Source of the DNA: Syntrophales bacterium
GTDB taxonomy: Bacteria > Desulfobacterota > Syntrophia > Syntrophales > UBA2192
Direction of reading: 5' to 3'
NCBI GenBank assembly: GCA_036725345.1
Contig: DAIMEJ010000003.1
Location: forward strand, 25,553 to 89,552
DNA: 64,000 nucleotides
Within the stretch, counting starts at the first letter, position 1. Each line of letters starts with the position of its first letter. The position numbers and the translations under genes were made by a program. The notes under the pieces are model-generated. The model worked only from the letters and a program-made list of their open reading frames with translations, was not told the origin of the DNA and did no database searches. Below, piece after piece: positions 8,885-19,068 of the stretch.

Positions 8885-9814
8885 TCAGCGGCTCTCGATA
8901 CGCCTGTGCCTCTCATCGAGCAGCTCGTTGATGCGGTCCATGACGAGCTTCGTGACCCCTTCGAACTGGGAGTGGAATTTCTGCTGGGATTCCCTGGAGA
9001 AGAGCTTGAAGGGCTCGGTGATGAGAAACTCCTGCAGCGCGCCTTCCACGGACAAGGGCTCCCCGATGCGGTAGGTGACGATTCCCGATTTCGCGAAGGG
9101 AGAATGACCGGTGTAGATCCGGTCGGAGTTGTTGCACCCCACGGGTATAATCTTCTTGCCTGAATAGAGGGCAATCTGCGCGAGCCCCGTCCGTCCAACA
9201 CCCAGCCTCAGCGATCGGGTCCCCTCGGGGAAGATGATGAGGTTCAGGTTCCACTCCCTGACCGCCTTCGTGCTCAGTTCGGCCACTTTCTCCATCAGCA
9301 TCTGGTGATAGTCCCTGAGCTGCTCGATGAAGCCCTGCCTGAAGAGGGACAGCGTCTCCGATTTCAGTTTAACCAGCGATGCGGCTTCATCGATCTTGCC
9401 GTCAATCCAGTCCTTGATGATGCGGTACTCTTCCCGGCCGATCTTCCGGCCGAAGCGCTGCTTGTAGAACTCCTCCACCAGGTACCCCATGGAGGGGACG
9501 GGAATCACGTTGCAGGCGTCCAGGAACTTCCCGACGGCCTTGTTCCGGTAGTACTTCCCCTTGGCCCAGACCGTCGTGAATGGGTAGTTCAGGCGCCAGA
9601 GCTGGTACTGGAAAGGCCAGTAGTTGTAACGGTCCGTGTGGTTCATGGCGAAGATGACCGTCTCGTCGCTGGGAATTCTTTCCAGGTTCTCCAGGCGTAT
9701 GTCCACGTTCTGCAACAGGTGATAGTTGGGCCCCAGGACGAAGCGCGCAACGAATCTCTGCCCGATGGGTGTGGGCGAAAGGTGGATGTTGTCCAGGTGT
9801 TTTTCGTCGATCAT
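8885..9814 (-). CDS. Lysophospholipid/glycerolipid acyltransferase family protein (PlsC-like)
   Basis: IFAMNHTDRYN (block I variant), WAKGKYY, IPV, IFPEGTRS, IIPVG. Confidence 0.8.
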   Translation of the reverse strand: MIDEKHLDNIHLSPTPIGQRFVARFVLGPNYHLLQNVDIRLENLERIPSDETVIFAMNHTDRYNYWPFQYQLWRLNYPFTTVWAKGKYYRNKAVGKFLDACNVIPVPSMGYLVEEFYKQRFGRKIGREEYRIIKDWIDGKIDEAASLVKLKSETLSLFRQGFIEQLRDYHQMLMEKVAELSTKAVREWNLNLIIFPEGTRSLRLGVGRTGLAQIALYSGKKIIPVGCNNSDRIYTGHSPFAKSGIVTYRIGEPLSVEGALQEFLITEPFKLFSRESQQKFHSQFEGVTKLVMDRINELLDERHRRIESR

Positions 9815-9962
9815 AAATATCTTCCGTGAATCATGAATCGGAGGTATTTTTTATCACAAGTTTTTCATTTCGCAAGGGGTTTCTCGCGGGGTCGAATCCT
9901 CTTTACTTGACCATTCGTCTGTGATTTATAAAGCCTTCCGTCCCACTTCGGGGAGTCTGAAC

Positions 9963-11150
9963 ATGTCCCTGTGGTCCGAGAAAAGATCCATCCTGATCAC
10001 CTGCGCCCGCGGGGTCGTTTCCGTGCTTGCAGGAGAAATCCGGGCATTATCCTTTCCGGTCCTGTCCGAGGGGGAGGCCATTGTCGAGACGGAAGGAAAG
10101 CTTTCCGACACGATCCTGCTCAACCTTTCCATTCGCACGGGGCAGCGCGTCCTTTACTTTTTGAAGGCTTTTCCGGCCGGAAACGCGCAGGACCTTTACC
10201 GGGCGGTTTCCGATACTGCCTGGGAGGAACTCATCCGCAAGGACGGCTACCTGTCCGTCACGGCCACCGGGGACACGACCGCCGTCAACGATTCACGCTT
10301 TGCCGCCGTGAAGACAAAGGACGCCATCGTGGACCGCATAAGGGAACGCAAAGGGCGAAGACCCGACTCGGGCCCGGACAGGAATGCCGCCGTGGTCCAC
10401 CTCCACTGGACGGGGGCTCACGCCCGGCTCTACCTGGACACGTCCGGGGAACCTCTCTCCAGGCGGGGCTACCGCAAGATACCCCTGGAGGCCCCGATGC
10501 AGGAGACCCTTGCCGCCGCTGTCCTCTTGACTGCCGGCTGGAAGGGGGAAGGGAATCTCGTCAACCCCATGTGCGGCAGCGGTACCCTCGCCATCGAGGG
10601 GGCCCTCATCGCCCTTCGGCGGGCGCCGGGGCTCCTGCGGGGGAATTTCGGATTCATGCACATCAAGGGCTTCGACGAGGCGCACTACGGAGATACACGG
10701 CGCAGGTTGAGGACATCGGCGGGCAAAACGTTGAATGGCAGGATTGTGGCCACGGATATCCGGCCCGAGGCCGTCGAGGCGGCCAGGCAGAATGCCCGGA
10801 CAGCCGGCGTGGATAAACTCATCGACTTTCATGCCTGCGATTTCAGGGAGACGCCCGTCCCCGGGGGTGGCGGTGTCGTCATCCTGAACCCCGAATACGG
10901 CGAGCGGATGGGTGAGATCAACGCCCTCGAAGGGGTCTATGGGGCTGCCGGGGATTTCTTCAAGAACCAGTGCCGGGGCTACCGTGGCTACATCTTCACG
11001 GGCAACCTCGGCCTTGCCAAGAAGGTGGGGCTCAGGACATCCCGACGAATCCCATTCTACAACGGGCCCATCGAGTGCCGGCTCCTCGAGTATGAACTCT
11101 ACGAGGGAAGCCACAAGCGCCCGCGAGACCCGGAATCTACTTCCGCGTAA
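9963..11150 (+). CDS. THUMP-domain class I SAM-dependent RNA methyltransferase (RlmL-like)
   Basis: LYLDTSGEPLSRRGYR, APMQETLAAA, NPMCGSGTLAIE, ATDI, NPEYGER. Confidence 0.88.
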   Translation: MSLWSEKRSILITCARGVVSVLAGEIRALSFPVLSEGEAIVETEGKLSDTILLNLSIRTGQRVLYFLKAFPAGNAQDLYRAVSDTAWEELIRKDGYLSVTATGDTTAVNDSRFAAVKTKDAIVDRIRERKGRRPDSGPDRNAAVVHLHWTGAHARLYLDTSGEPLSRRGYRKIPLEAPMQETLAAAVLLTAGWKGEGNLVNPMCGSGTLAIEGALIALRRAPGLLRGNFGFMHIKGFDEAHYGDTRRRLRTSAGKTLNGRIVATDIRPEAVEAARQNARTAGVDKLIDFHACDFRETPVPGGGGVVILNPEYGERMGEINALEGVYGAAGDFFKNQCRGYRGYIFTGNLGLAKKVGLRTSRRIPFYNGPIECRLLEYELYEGSHKRPRDPESTSA

Positions 11151-11157
11151 GAGACCG

Positions 11158-13893
11158 CTATTTCCTGCGCTCCACGGACCGCAGGGCCTCGTCCATCTTC
11201 CGCAGCTCCTCGCCGTAGGCGGCCCAGTTGCCCTGCTTCATATATTCCTGCGCCCTGCGGTAGTGCTGCAGGGCCTCCAGGGCATGTTCCCGGTCCGCCT
11301 TCTCCCGTGCGACGGGTGGTGCGGCAGCCCCTGCGGGCCTTGCCCCCCTGTCGCGGATCAACTCGCCGCCGAAGATGCGCTGCAGTGACAGCTCCAATGT
11401 CTCCTCCATCGCGATGGAATTCCCGAAAGCCACAATGACTCGCTTGAGTTCCGGCAGTTGCCCCTGCTCCGCGGACAGGTAGAGAGGCTGAATGTAGAGG
11501 ATCGATTTTTCGATGGGGATCGCGAGCAGGCTTCCGCGGATGGACGAGGAACCGCGCTGATTCCAGAGGGAAAGCTGCTTGGAGATTTCAGCGTCCTGGT
11601 CGATCCTCGCGTCGATCTGCCGGGGCCCGTAAATCAGTTTTTGCTTCGGGAACAGGTAAGCGATGAGCTTCCCGTAGTTCGGGGCGTCGTTGCGGGCGGC
11701 CATCCATGCCGTCATGTTGTCCTTCTTGCTGGGTGTGAAGGGAACGAGCATGATGAACTCCTCTTTTTTCTCGCCGGGGAGCTTCATGATCGTGTAGTAG
11801 GGATCCATCTCCTGCTCGCCGCTGCGTGTGGGTCTCCCGGGGATGGACCACAGGTCCTCCTTGTTGTAGAAGACCTGTGGATCTTGCATGTGATAGGCCC
11901 GGTACATGTGGGCCTGGACACCGAGCATGCCCCCGGGGTAGCGAATGTGGCTCAAGAGCCCCTCGGGTATCTCCTCAATGGGTTTGAAGACGCCCGGAAA
12001 GATGCGAGCGTAGGTCTTGAGGATGGGGTCGGCGGCGTCGCAGATGTAGAACTGGACCGTGCCGTCATAAGCATCGACAAGAGCCTTGAAGGAATTGCGG
12101 AGGTAATTTCCCACGCCGGCCATGGGTTCCGAGTAGGGGAAACGGTCCGTCAGGGTGTAGCCGTCGACAAACCAGACGAGTCTCCCCTCGGGGGTGACGA
12201 CCAGATAAGGGTCGCCTTCCAGCCGGGCGTAGGGGACAATCTTGGCGACCCGCTCCCGGACCTTGCGGTAGTACATGATGCGGCTTTCATCGGTGATCTC
12301 GTTGGCGAGCAGGATGGTCACCGAACCGAATCTGGCGGCGAAGAGCAGCTTCCGGAAAAAGGACAGGGGTACGCCGCCCTTTCCCTCGTACTGGGAATAG
12401 ACGTTCTTGTCCCCCACCGGGTAGTCGAACTCCGGCGCCTTCGTGCGCACGAAGACGTAATCGTTAGACGTCTCACCGTAGTAGATCTCGGGCCGGGTGA
12501 CTTTCACCTTCGTCGACGACACCGGCGGAACATCCTTGATGAAAAACTCGGGGAGCCCCTCGGAAGTGACCCGGTTCACGGGCCCCATGACGATGCCGTA
12601 ACCGTGGGTGTAGGTCAGATGCTCGTTGATCCAGGTCCGCGAGGGCAGGGCCGGATAGGACAGCTCTCGGGGCGAGAGCATCACCTGGCGCAATTCCCCG
12701 TTGATGATGTAACGGTCGTTGTCCACGTCGACGAACTTGTAATACGTCCGGATTTCCTGGATCTGGCCGTAGGTCTGCAGCAGAGGCGCGTCGTTCCAGA
12801 GACGGACGTTCTTGATGGTGAGATCGTTTCTCCGCAGGTCCTCGCGGGTGAGGTCCTCCTCGGCGGGGAAGTCGCTGACCTCGATGCTGTCGAGCTGGTA
12901 GGCCATGCGGGTGAACTTGATGTTCCGCTCGAGATAAGGCCGCTCGAGGACAATCTCGTTGGGGATCACTTTGAACTTCTGGATCATGGCAGGGTAGACC
13001 CCCCGGCCGAGGATGAAGAGCAGGAGAAAGAGAACAACGACAGATGCGGGGATCTGCCATTTCCTGGTGAAGAGCGTGGCGACGAGTGCCAGCCCGGCCA
13101 GCGCGCAGAGGACCATGAGCCCCTGAAGCACCCAGATCTGCGTGGTGATTTCGGTGTATCCGGGGCCGAAGACGACCCCGCGTTTCGTGAAGAGGATTTC
13201 GTTCAGGGTCAGCCACAGGCCGAATGTCCCCCAGAGGAAGAGGAGGGCCGTGAGGACCGTGAGGTGGGCCCGCGCGGCCGGTGTCGCCCTCCATACCCTC
13301 GGGGGCGCGAAGAAGAAGGACCGGCGTGAAAGATATATGAATGCCGTGGCGGCGGTCGTAAACAAAAGGACGAAGAATAACCACCCGTAGACGTGATTCA
13401 GGAAAGGCAGGCGAAAGACATAGAAGCCGATATCCCGTTCAAAGACGGGTTCCGTCACACCGAAGGGAGTGGCGTGGGTGAACTTCAGGAAATTCTCCCA
13501 TTCCCCCATGGCGTTCAGGGCGGCGAAGGCGCTGAACAGCAGGGAGACGATCAGGATGACGACTTTCATGGCGGGGTTGTCGAGGGCTGCCGGCGGGGAA
13601 TGCTCCACCCCGATGACCTCGATATCCGGGAGCCGGGAAGAAAACCTGAGTGCCAGGAAAAGGTTCGTATAGAAGACGGCGAAAAAGACAAGACCGAAGA
13701 GGGCGGCCAGCTTGAGCTGTGTCAGAACGGTGGTGGAAAACACGATTTCATAACTGACTTCCTTGAACCAGTACCAGTCGACGATGAAACCGATGGCCTG
13801 CCAGAGGACGTTGAGTATGACGAAGATTGCGATGAAAAAAACCAGGCCTCTGACATTCTGGATACGGGGTTGTGGCAGTCTGAACGTTCTCAT
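11158..13893 (-). CDS. UPF0182 family membrane protein
   Basis: N-terminal multi-TM region with FERDIGFYVF, VIPNEIVLERPYL, WINEHLTYTHGYG, YLRNSFKALVDAYDG, FYNKEDLW, LYIQPLY. Confidence 0.9.
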   Translation of the reverse strand: MRTFRLPQPRIQNVRGLVFFIAIFVILNVLWQAIGFIVDWYWFKEVSYEIVFSTTVLTQLKLAALFGLVFFAVFYTNLFLALRFSSRLPDIEVIGVEHSPPAALDNPAMKVVILIVSLLFSAFAALNAMGEWENFLKFTHATPFGVTEPVFERDIGFYVFRLPFLNHVYGWLFFVLLFTTAATAFIYLSRRSFFFAPPRVWRATPAARAHLTVLTALLFLWGTFGLWLTLNEILFTKRGVVFGPGYTEITTQIWVLQGLMVLCALAGLALVATLFTRKWQIPASVVVLFLLLFILGRGVYPAMIQKFKVIPNEIVLERPYLERNIKFTRMAYQLDSIEVSDFPAEEDLTREDLRRNDLTIKNVRLWNDAPLLQTYGQIQEIRTYYKFVDVDNDRYIINGELRQVMLSPRELSYPALPSRTWINEHLTYTHGYGIVMGPVNRVTSEGLPEFFIKDVPPVSSTKVKVTRPEIYYGETSNDYVFVRTKAPEFDYPVGDKNVYSQYEGKGGVPLSFFRKLLFAARFGSVTILLANEITDESRIMYYRKVRERVAKIVPYARLEGDPYLVVTPEGRLVWFVDGYTLTDRFPYSEPMAGVGNYLRNSFKALVDAYDGTVQFYICDAADPILKTYARIFPGVFKPIEEIPEGLLSHIRYPGGMLGVQAHMYRAYHMQDPQVFYNKEDLWSIPGRPTRSGEQEMDPYYTIMKLPGEKKEEFIMLVPFTPSKKDNMTAWMAARNDAPNYGKLIAYLFPKQKLIYGPRQIDARIDQDAEISKQLSLWNQRGSSSIRGSLLAIPIEKSILYIQPLYLSAEQGQLPELKRVIVAFGNSIAMEETLELSLQRIFGGELIRDRGARPAGAAAPPVAREKADREHALEALQHYRRAQEYMKQGNWAAYGEELRKMDEALRSVERRK

Positions 13894-14101
13894 ATCGAAC
13901 CTGTCCTTTTAAATATTCTTTCAGCTTTTACCGCACTATAGGAGAAGGTCTCCGGCCTGTCAAGGGAAGTCCGTCCTCTTCTGTTGCCTGAACCGTCCGT
14001 TTCTGGTATCTCTTTCACCATTCATCTCCTGCTGGAGTCGATTTAAAATCTCCCAGCGTGAGAGTGCTGCACCTTGATCACCAGGGGAGTCAGCGGAGGC
14101 C

Positions 14102-14893
14102 ATGACCAGGTCACCCGGAAAAATTTTCAGGTTTAGGATTCCTGCTGAAATTTTCCTTCTGCTCCTGTGTCTCGTCATCCTGGGCGGCTGCGCGGGGCGC
14201 GTGTCAAAACCGCCCGAGAAGAAGCCCGCAGTCGGTAAAGCCCGGACCTATCGTACCGGGTACACCGTTCAGGTGGGGGCCTTTACCCTTGTGGAAAATG
14301 CCGCGAGGCTCACGGATTCCCTGAGACGGGAGAGAATAGACGCCTATTACTTCGTTTACGGGAAGGGGCTTTACAAGGTCCGCTTCGGCAATTTCCCCTC
14401 CCGGGAATCCGCCCACCGGGAGGCTTCCCGCCTGAGATCCGCGGGCGTCATCGAAGAGTTTTATGTTGTCAGCCCGGAGGAGTACGCCGCCGCAAGGGGA
14501 GATATACGAGGAGACGCCTACCTGCGGGAAGAAATCGTTCGAACGGCCGAAAGCTTCATCGGCGTTCCTTATCTGTACGGCGGATCATCCCCCGATGAGG
14601 GGTTTGACTGCAGCGGTTTAACGATGGCCGTTTACGACCTGAACGGGCTCAGGCTCCCGCGGTCGTCCAGGGAGCAGTACGGAAGCGGAGACGCCGTCCC
14701 GAGGCGGGATCTCGAAAAGGGGGATCTGGTTTTTTTCAGCACGAGGATGGACGGGCGGGTCTCCCACGTCGGCGTATACATCGGTGACGACCGTTTTATC
14801 CACGCACCGGGCCAGGGCAAGAAGATCACCATCGATACCCTGTCGAGCCAGTACTTCGAGAGGCGTTACGTCGGCGCGAGAACTTACATTTAA
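14102..14893 (+). CDS. Lipoprotein with SPOR domain and NlpC/P60 (C40) peptidase
   Basis: Lipobox LGGC; YTVQVGAF...YKVRFGNF (SPOR); GVPYLYGG, FDCSGL, HVGVY, FIHAP (NlpC/P60). Confidence 0.9.
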   Translation: MTRSPGKIFRFRIPAEIFLLLLCLVILGGCAGRVSKPPEKKPAVGKARTYRTGYTVQVGAFTLVENAARLTDSLRRERIDAYYFVYGKGLYKVRFGNFPSRESAHREASRLRSAGVIEEFYVVSPEEYAAARGDIRGDAYLREEIVRTAESFIGVPYLYGGSSPDEGFDCSGLTMAVYDLNGLRLPRSSREQYGSGDAVPRRDLEKGDLVFFSTRMDGRVSHVGVYIGDDRFIHAPGQGKKITIDTLSSQYFERRYVGARTYI

Positions 14894-15043
14894 AGCCCTG
14901 CGGGAGGGCCGGATGTCTTTGTTGATGGTGTGACCGAACAGGGTCCGTGCGAGGAAATCCGGATCGCGCAAGAGAACACAACGGCCGATCATCTGATAAG
15001 GTTCATTCAACGGCTGACCGAACACTCTTAAAGGAGCACGCTC

Positions 15044-15550
15044 ATGAAAGGGAAACCCGTCAGAGATTCCATCGTGATCATGGCCCGGGCCATGAACCCG
15101 CAGGATGCAAATCCCTCAGGAAACGTTCACGGCGGGGTCATCATGAAGTTTATCGACGAGGCCGCGGGGGCCGCCGCCATCAAGCACTCGCGGTCAAACT
15201 GCGTCACGGCCTCCATCGACCGCCTCGACTTTCATCACCCGGTCTTCGTCGGCGATCTGGTTACCGCGAGGGCCAGTATCAACTATACGGGCAAGAGTTC
15301 CATGGAGGCGGGCGTTCGGGTCGAGTCGCAGAATCTCTTCACCGGCGAGACGCGCCACACCGTATCGGCCTATATGACCTTCGTTGCCCTGGACAAAAAC
15401 GGCAGACCCGCTCCCATCCCCCCCCTGATCCTGGAGACCCCTGAAGAGGAGAGGCGCAACCGTGAGGCGAAGGCACGCCGAGAGACGAGACTCAGGGAGA
15501 AGAGCAAGGAGAAGGAGTGCCAGAAAGAGGCCGAGAAGTGCAACACCTGA
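15044..15550 (+). CDS. Acyl-CoA thioesterase (hotdog fold, YciA-like)
   Basis: DANPSGNVHGGVIMKFIDEAA, VTASID, PVFVGD, TFVALD; AAAGGAG SD. Confidence 0.92.
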   Translation: MKGKPVRDSIVIMARAMNPQDANPSGNVHGGVIMKFIDEAAGAAAIKHSRSNCVTASIDRLDFHHPVFVGDLVTARASINYTGKSSMEAGVRVESQNLFTGETRHTVSAYMTFVALDKNGRPAPIPPLILETPEEERRNREAKARRETRLREKSKEKECQKEAEKCNT

Positions 15551-15612
15551 AGGCTTGGCCCCGTGAGACCATCCGGCGCTTCCCGGGGTGATTTCATCCC
15601 GGGCTCGGCGCA

Positions 15613-15933
15613 TCAGAAGAATTTCCCTGCAAGCCAGAAGAAGAACATTCCCGCTACAACGGTCAGCCCCAGGGACCTTGTCTTGAGGGCTATGGCGAAG
15701 GTCGGCAGGGCGACGAGAAGTTCGGGCCGGAAGATGTCCAGGTGCCTTGGCTCGCCGGAGGTGACCAGCGCCGGCAGGAGGAGGGCGCTCAGGATCGACG
15801 CCGGGATGAAATCGAGCCATGTTTTGAACCAGGACGGCAGGTCACGCTTTGAGAGCAAGGCCAGCGGAAGCCACCGCGGGATGTAGGTGACCAGGCCCAT
15901 GAAAAAAGAGAGTAGAAGAATATCGAATCTCAT
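15613..15933 (-). CDS. azlD: AzlD family branched-chain amino acid transport protein
   Basis: Small hydrophobic; TYIPRWLP, FIPASILSALL; downstream of azlC. Confidence 0.85.
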   Translation of the reverse strand: MRFDILLLSFFMGLVTYIPRWLPLALLSKRDLPSWFKTWLDFIPASILSALLLPALVTSGEPRHLDIFRPELLVALPTFAIALKTRSLGLTVVAGMFFFWLAGKFF

Positions 15934-15958
15934 ATCCCGTCCACAAGGTCGCAGCGAC

Positions 15959-16681
15959 CTAAGTTGATTCCTCCGGCGTTTTCGACTTTCTCCTGACGAG
16001 GACACCGATAGTGGCCGCGAGCACTGAGGCCGCAACGACGTAGAGGTTGCCGGGAAGAAGGATCGAGATGAAAACGGCCAAACCGCCCGCCGCGGCCGCG
16101 ATGAGCCAGTACAGAGCGCCTCTCAGCTGAAAAACAAGGAGACAGAGAAACATGGCGATGAGGGCGTAGTCGATCCCGAAGGCCCCGTGGGGGATGAATT
16201 CACCCGCGTACCCCCCGGCGACGGTACTGCCCACCCAGGCGGCGTTTGAGAGGTGATTGACGACGAGCGCGCGCCGCCAGTCCCATTTTTCGTCCCGGAA
16301 CCGCGTCAGGTTCACGGCAAAACTCTCATCCGTTATCCCGTAGCCGTAAAGCGCCAGCCGCCAGCTCCCGAGGTCCCTCAGGAAGACGGACAGGGAGGAA
16401 CTCATGAGGAGGTGCCTCAAGTTCACAACGAAGGTCGTCATCACGATGGGGATCAGACCGGCACCCCCGGTCATCATGGAGACGGCGATGAACTGGGCGC
16501 TTCCGGCGAAAACGAGAAGGGACATGAGGCCGATCTCGACAGGGCTGAGGCCGGCCTTTCCGGCAATGACGCCGAAGGCGAGGCCGATGGGAAAATAACC
16601 GAGGCAGATTGGCCATGCGGCCTTCGCCCCGTCCCTGGCGATGGCCCTGTAATCGTCCTCTTTGCGGCGGGGCTCCGTCAT
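15959..16681 (-). CDS. azlC: AzlC family branched-chain amino acid transport permease
   Basis: PICLGYFPIGLAFG, FAGSAQF, NLRHLLMS, ITDESFA. Confidence 0.9.
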   Translation of the reverse strand: MTEPRRKEDDYRAIARDGAKAAWPICLGYFPIGLAFGVIAGKAGLSPVEIGLMSLLVFAGSAQFIAVSMMTGGAGLIPIVMTTFVVNLRHLLMSSSLSVFLRDLGSWRLALYGYGITDESFAVNLTRFRDEKWDWRRALVVNHLSNAAWVGSTVAGGYAGEFIPHGAFGIDYALIAMFLCLLVFQLRGALYWLIAAAAGGLAVFISILLPGNLYVVAASVLAATIGVLVRRKSKTPEEST

Positions 16682-16685
16682 CGTT

Positions 16686-17471
16686 TCAGATCTTGAACTC
16701 GGCGACGAGGATCGTGTGGTCCGAAGGTTTCTCGGCTGTTCTTGGTTTCATGTCGATGTAGGCGTCGACGGAGCGGCTCGCCAGGGGGGCGGTGGCAAGG
16801 ATGTGGTCCACACGCCATCCCAGCCCCCTCTCGACGGTCTTGGGGATTCGGTAGTCGAAGAAGGTGTATTGACCGGGTTCCCCGGGGTGGTGCTTCCTGA
16901 AGATGTCCGTGAAGCCCCAGGCCTTGACGGCGTCAAAGGCCTCCCAGACTTCAGGTGTGAAATCCACGTGACCCAGGAGCCTCTTCGGGTTATGGACATC
17001 GATCTCTTCCCGGGCGACGTTCAGGTCTCCGCACCAGACGAGGGGCTTTTTGGCGGAGTCGTGTTTGGAGAAGAATTTCCCGAGGCGCGCAAGCCACTGG
17101 AGCTTGTAAGTGAATTTGGGGCTCTCTTTCTTCTCCCCCTGGGGCACGTAGGTGTTGACGACGGGAATTCCGGAGAAGACACCCCGAATGAGGCGATCCT
17201 CGTCGGGGGGGCCGCCGTCATCCAGGCCGAAGCGCACCTCCCGGGGTTTGTCGAGAGAGGCGATGGCGACGCCGTTATAACCCTTCTTGCCTCTGAAAAC
17301 CACGCTGTAGCCGGCATCTTCGAAATCCCCGGCGGGAAACTTGTCGTCCTCCACCTTGGTTTCTTGGAAGCAGATCACCGAGGGCCTGTTCTTCTTGATC
17401 CAGGGGATGACGATGTGGAGACGGTTTCGAATGGAGTTTACGTTGTAGGTCGCAATCTTGAATGTGGCCAT
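16686..17471 (-). CDS. xth: Exodeoxyribonuclease III
   Basis: [15 protein letters not shown]-like FQETK, YNGVAI, NTYVPQG, CGDLN, WRVDHIL, PSDH; AAGGAGG SD before ATG 17471. Confidence 0.93.
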   Translation of the reverse strand: MATFKIATYNVNSIRNRLHIVIPWIKKNRPSVICFQETKVEDDKFPAGDFEDAGYSVVFRGKKGYNGVAIASLDKPREVRFGLDDGGPPDEDRLIRGVFSGIPVVNTYVPQGEKKESPKFTYKLQWLARLGKFFSKHDSAKKPLVWCGDLNVAREEIDVHNPKRLLGHVDFTPEVWEAFDAVKAWGFTDIFRKHHPGEPGQYTFFDYRIPKTVERGLGWRVDHILATAPLASRSVDAYIDMKPRTAEKPSDHTILVAEFKI

Positions 17472-17669
17472 GTATCCTCCTTTTGGGGAAAATACCGAGG
17501 ACTGAAGGGAACTTCCATAACACGATCCCCGGAGTTCCCTCAAGGTCTTTCGGAGCGGCCCAACCGGGACGGGCACCGGCAGTTTCTTCTTGATCCGGCC
17601 GACGGCTTCACATAAAAAAGGAGGCAACCCTTCGTGCGGGGGAATCGGGGCGGAGGTCGATGGATCACC

Positions 17670-18200
17670 GTGAGCGTCTATGAGAACATCAGCCGGATTC
17701 TGGAGCGTCTGGGCCTTCCCTGTGAGGAGATCGATCACGGGGCGGTGAGCGGCTGTGAGGACTCGCAGCACTTCCGCCGGCAGGCGGGGTGGAGCGGCGC
17801 GAGCAGCAAGTGCATCCTCTTCCACGCCAAGGGTCGTTATTACCTCGTCGTCACCACGGCGCAAAAGGAGATCGTCGCGCGACGCTTCAAAAGAGAATTC
17901 GGAACGAAAGACATCCGTTTTGCAAAGCTGGAGGAACTCGCCCGATGGACGGGGTGCGACCCGGGTTCCGTGTCGCCCTTCGGGCACCCTCGCGAGGATC
18001 TCCCCTATTATATCGACGAAGATATCTTCAAGGTGGAATATTTCATGTTCAACCCCGCCGTTCCCACACGGAGCATGCGTATCAAAACCGGCGACCTCCG
18101 GAAGGTGTACGCCGCCCTTCCCAACCCTGTCCGTTATTTCAGCGAGGACGAAGAGGGTCGATTTTCCGTTCGAGAGGGGGAGAAAATTCCCCCGGCGTAG
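17670..18200 (+). CDS. YbaK/prolyl-tRNA editing domain protein
   Basis: [34 protein letters not shown]; GTG start after GGAGG. Confidence 0.8.
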   Translation: MSVYENISRILERLGLPCEEIDHGAVSGCEDSQHFRRQAGWSGASSKCILFHAKGRYYLVVTTAQKEIVARRFKREFGTKDIRFAKLEELARWTGCDPGSVSPFGHPREDLPYYIDEDIFKVEYFMFNPAVPTRSMRIKTGDLRKVYAALPNPVRYFSEDEEGRFSVREGEKIPPA

Positions 18201-18228
18201 CGGGCATTTCTCCGGGGACAGGAACACC

Positions 18229-18894
18229 ATGGCAAATCATCCCTCCAAGAGAACCCTTGTTCACGAACCCATGACGGTCGTGACGGATCTGATCCTGTCT
18301 GCGCTGGCCTTCTATTTTGCCCTTGGTTTAGGCCGGCAGCACGAACTGACGGGGATGAGCGTCCATCTTTATTTTTCATACGCCTTCCGGGCCCTGAGTC
18401 TCGGCGCCCTGCTGGGCGCCCTGACGCACGGTCTGGGGCGAAACATGTCTGTCGCGGCAGGAGGGATCCTGTGGCGCGGCACACTCCTCTCCCTGGGGGC
18501 TGCCGCTTTTTTCCTTCTCCTGGCAACGGGCTACCACGCCCTGTCCGTCCGGTCCGTTGGTCACCTCCTTTGGCCGATCATGCTTGTGCTCGCCCTGTAT
18601 GCGATCGTCGTCATCAGGGATGATCGGTTCCTCTGGGCCGTGCTCTTCTATGCGACGGCCCTTCTGGTCATGCTGTCGGTGATGCTCCATGATTTTTTTT
18701 CCGGGGGGACTGAGGGGTCCGGCATCGTCGTTGCGGGCATCCTGGTGAGTTTTGCGGCCGCCATCATCCAGAGAAGCGGCCTGACCCTCCACAGGCATTT
18801 CAATCACAACGATCTCTATCACGTCATCCAGATAGTCGGCCTCTACTACCTGTACCGCGGCGCCATGCTGCTGAAGGACTGGCCCGGCGCCTGA
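18229..18894 (+). CDS. Polytopic membrane protein (~7 TM, DUF6962-like)
   Basis: Seven hydrophobic segments; N-term EPMTVVTD and C-term [12 protein letters not shown]. Confidence 0.7.
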   Translation: MANHPSKRTLVHEPMTVVTDLILSALAFYFALGLGRQHELTGMSVHLYFSYAFRALSLGALLGALTHGLGRNMSVAAGGILWRGTLLSLGAAAFFLLLATGYHALSVRSVGHLLWPIMLVLALYAIVVIRDDRFLWAVLFYATALLVMLSVMLHDFFSGGTEGSGIVVAGILVSFAAAIIQRSGLTLHRHFNHNDLYHVIQIVGLYYLYRGAMLLKDWPGA

Positions 18895-18961
18895 TAGGTC
18901 ACCCATCCGTATCCCCGGTTTCTCCACCCCGCCTCATCACGAAAAAAAATTTTTGCCTGTC

Positions 18962-18990
18962 TTGACAACTGCTGTGCCGTTATTAATTTA
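18962..18990 (+). promoter_or_regulatory. Putative sigma-70 promoter of the Hsp20 operon
   Basis: TTGACA at 18962 with AT-rich TATTAATTTA about 13-17 nt downstream. Confidence 0.35.
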
Positions 18991-19068
18991 TGGCCGTAAA
19001 TGATGTCTAACCTATTGGATTAAAACACTTTAATTGATGTCATCACATCGAAAGGAGGTTGGGTTCTT

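Noticed and set aside
14062-14068. CIRCE half-site GAGTGCT
   Set aside because: The left arm TTAGCACTC is absent, and the site is not upstream of a chaperone gene
17472-18230. N-terminal extension of xth in the ORF track
   Set aside because: Antisense to the YbaK gene; a strong SD and family alignment put the start at 17471
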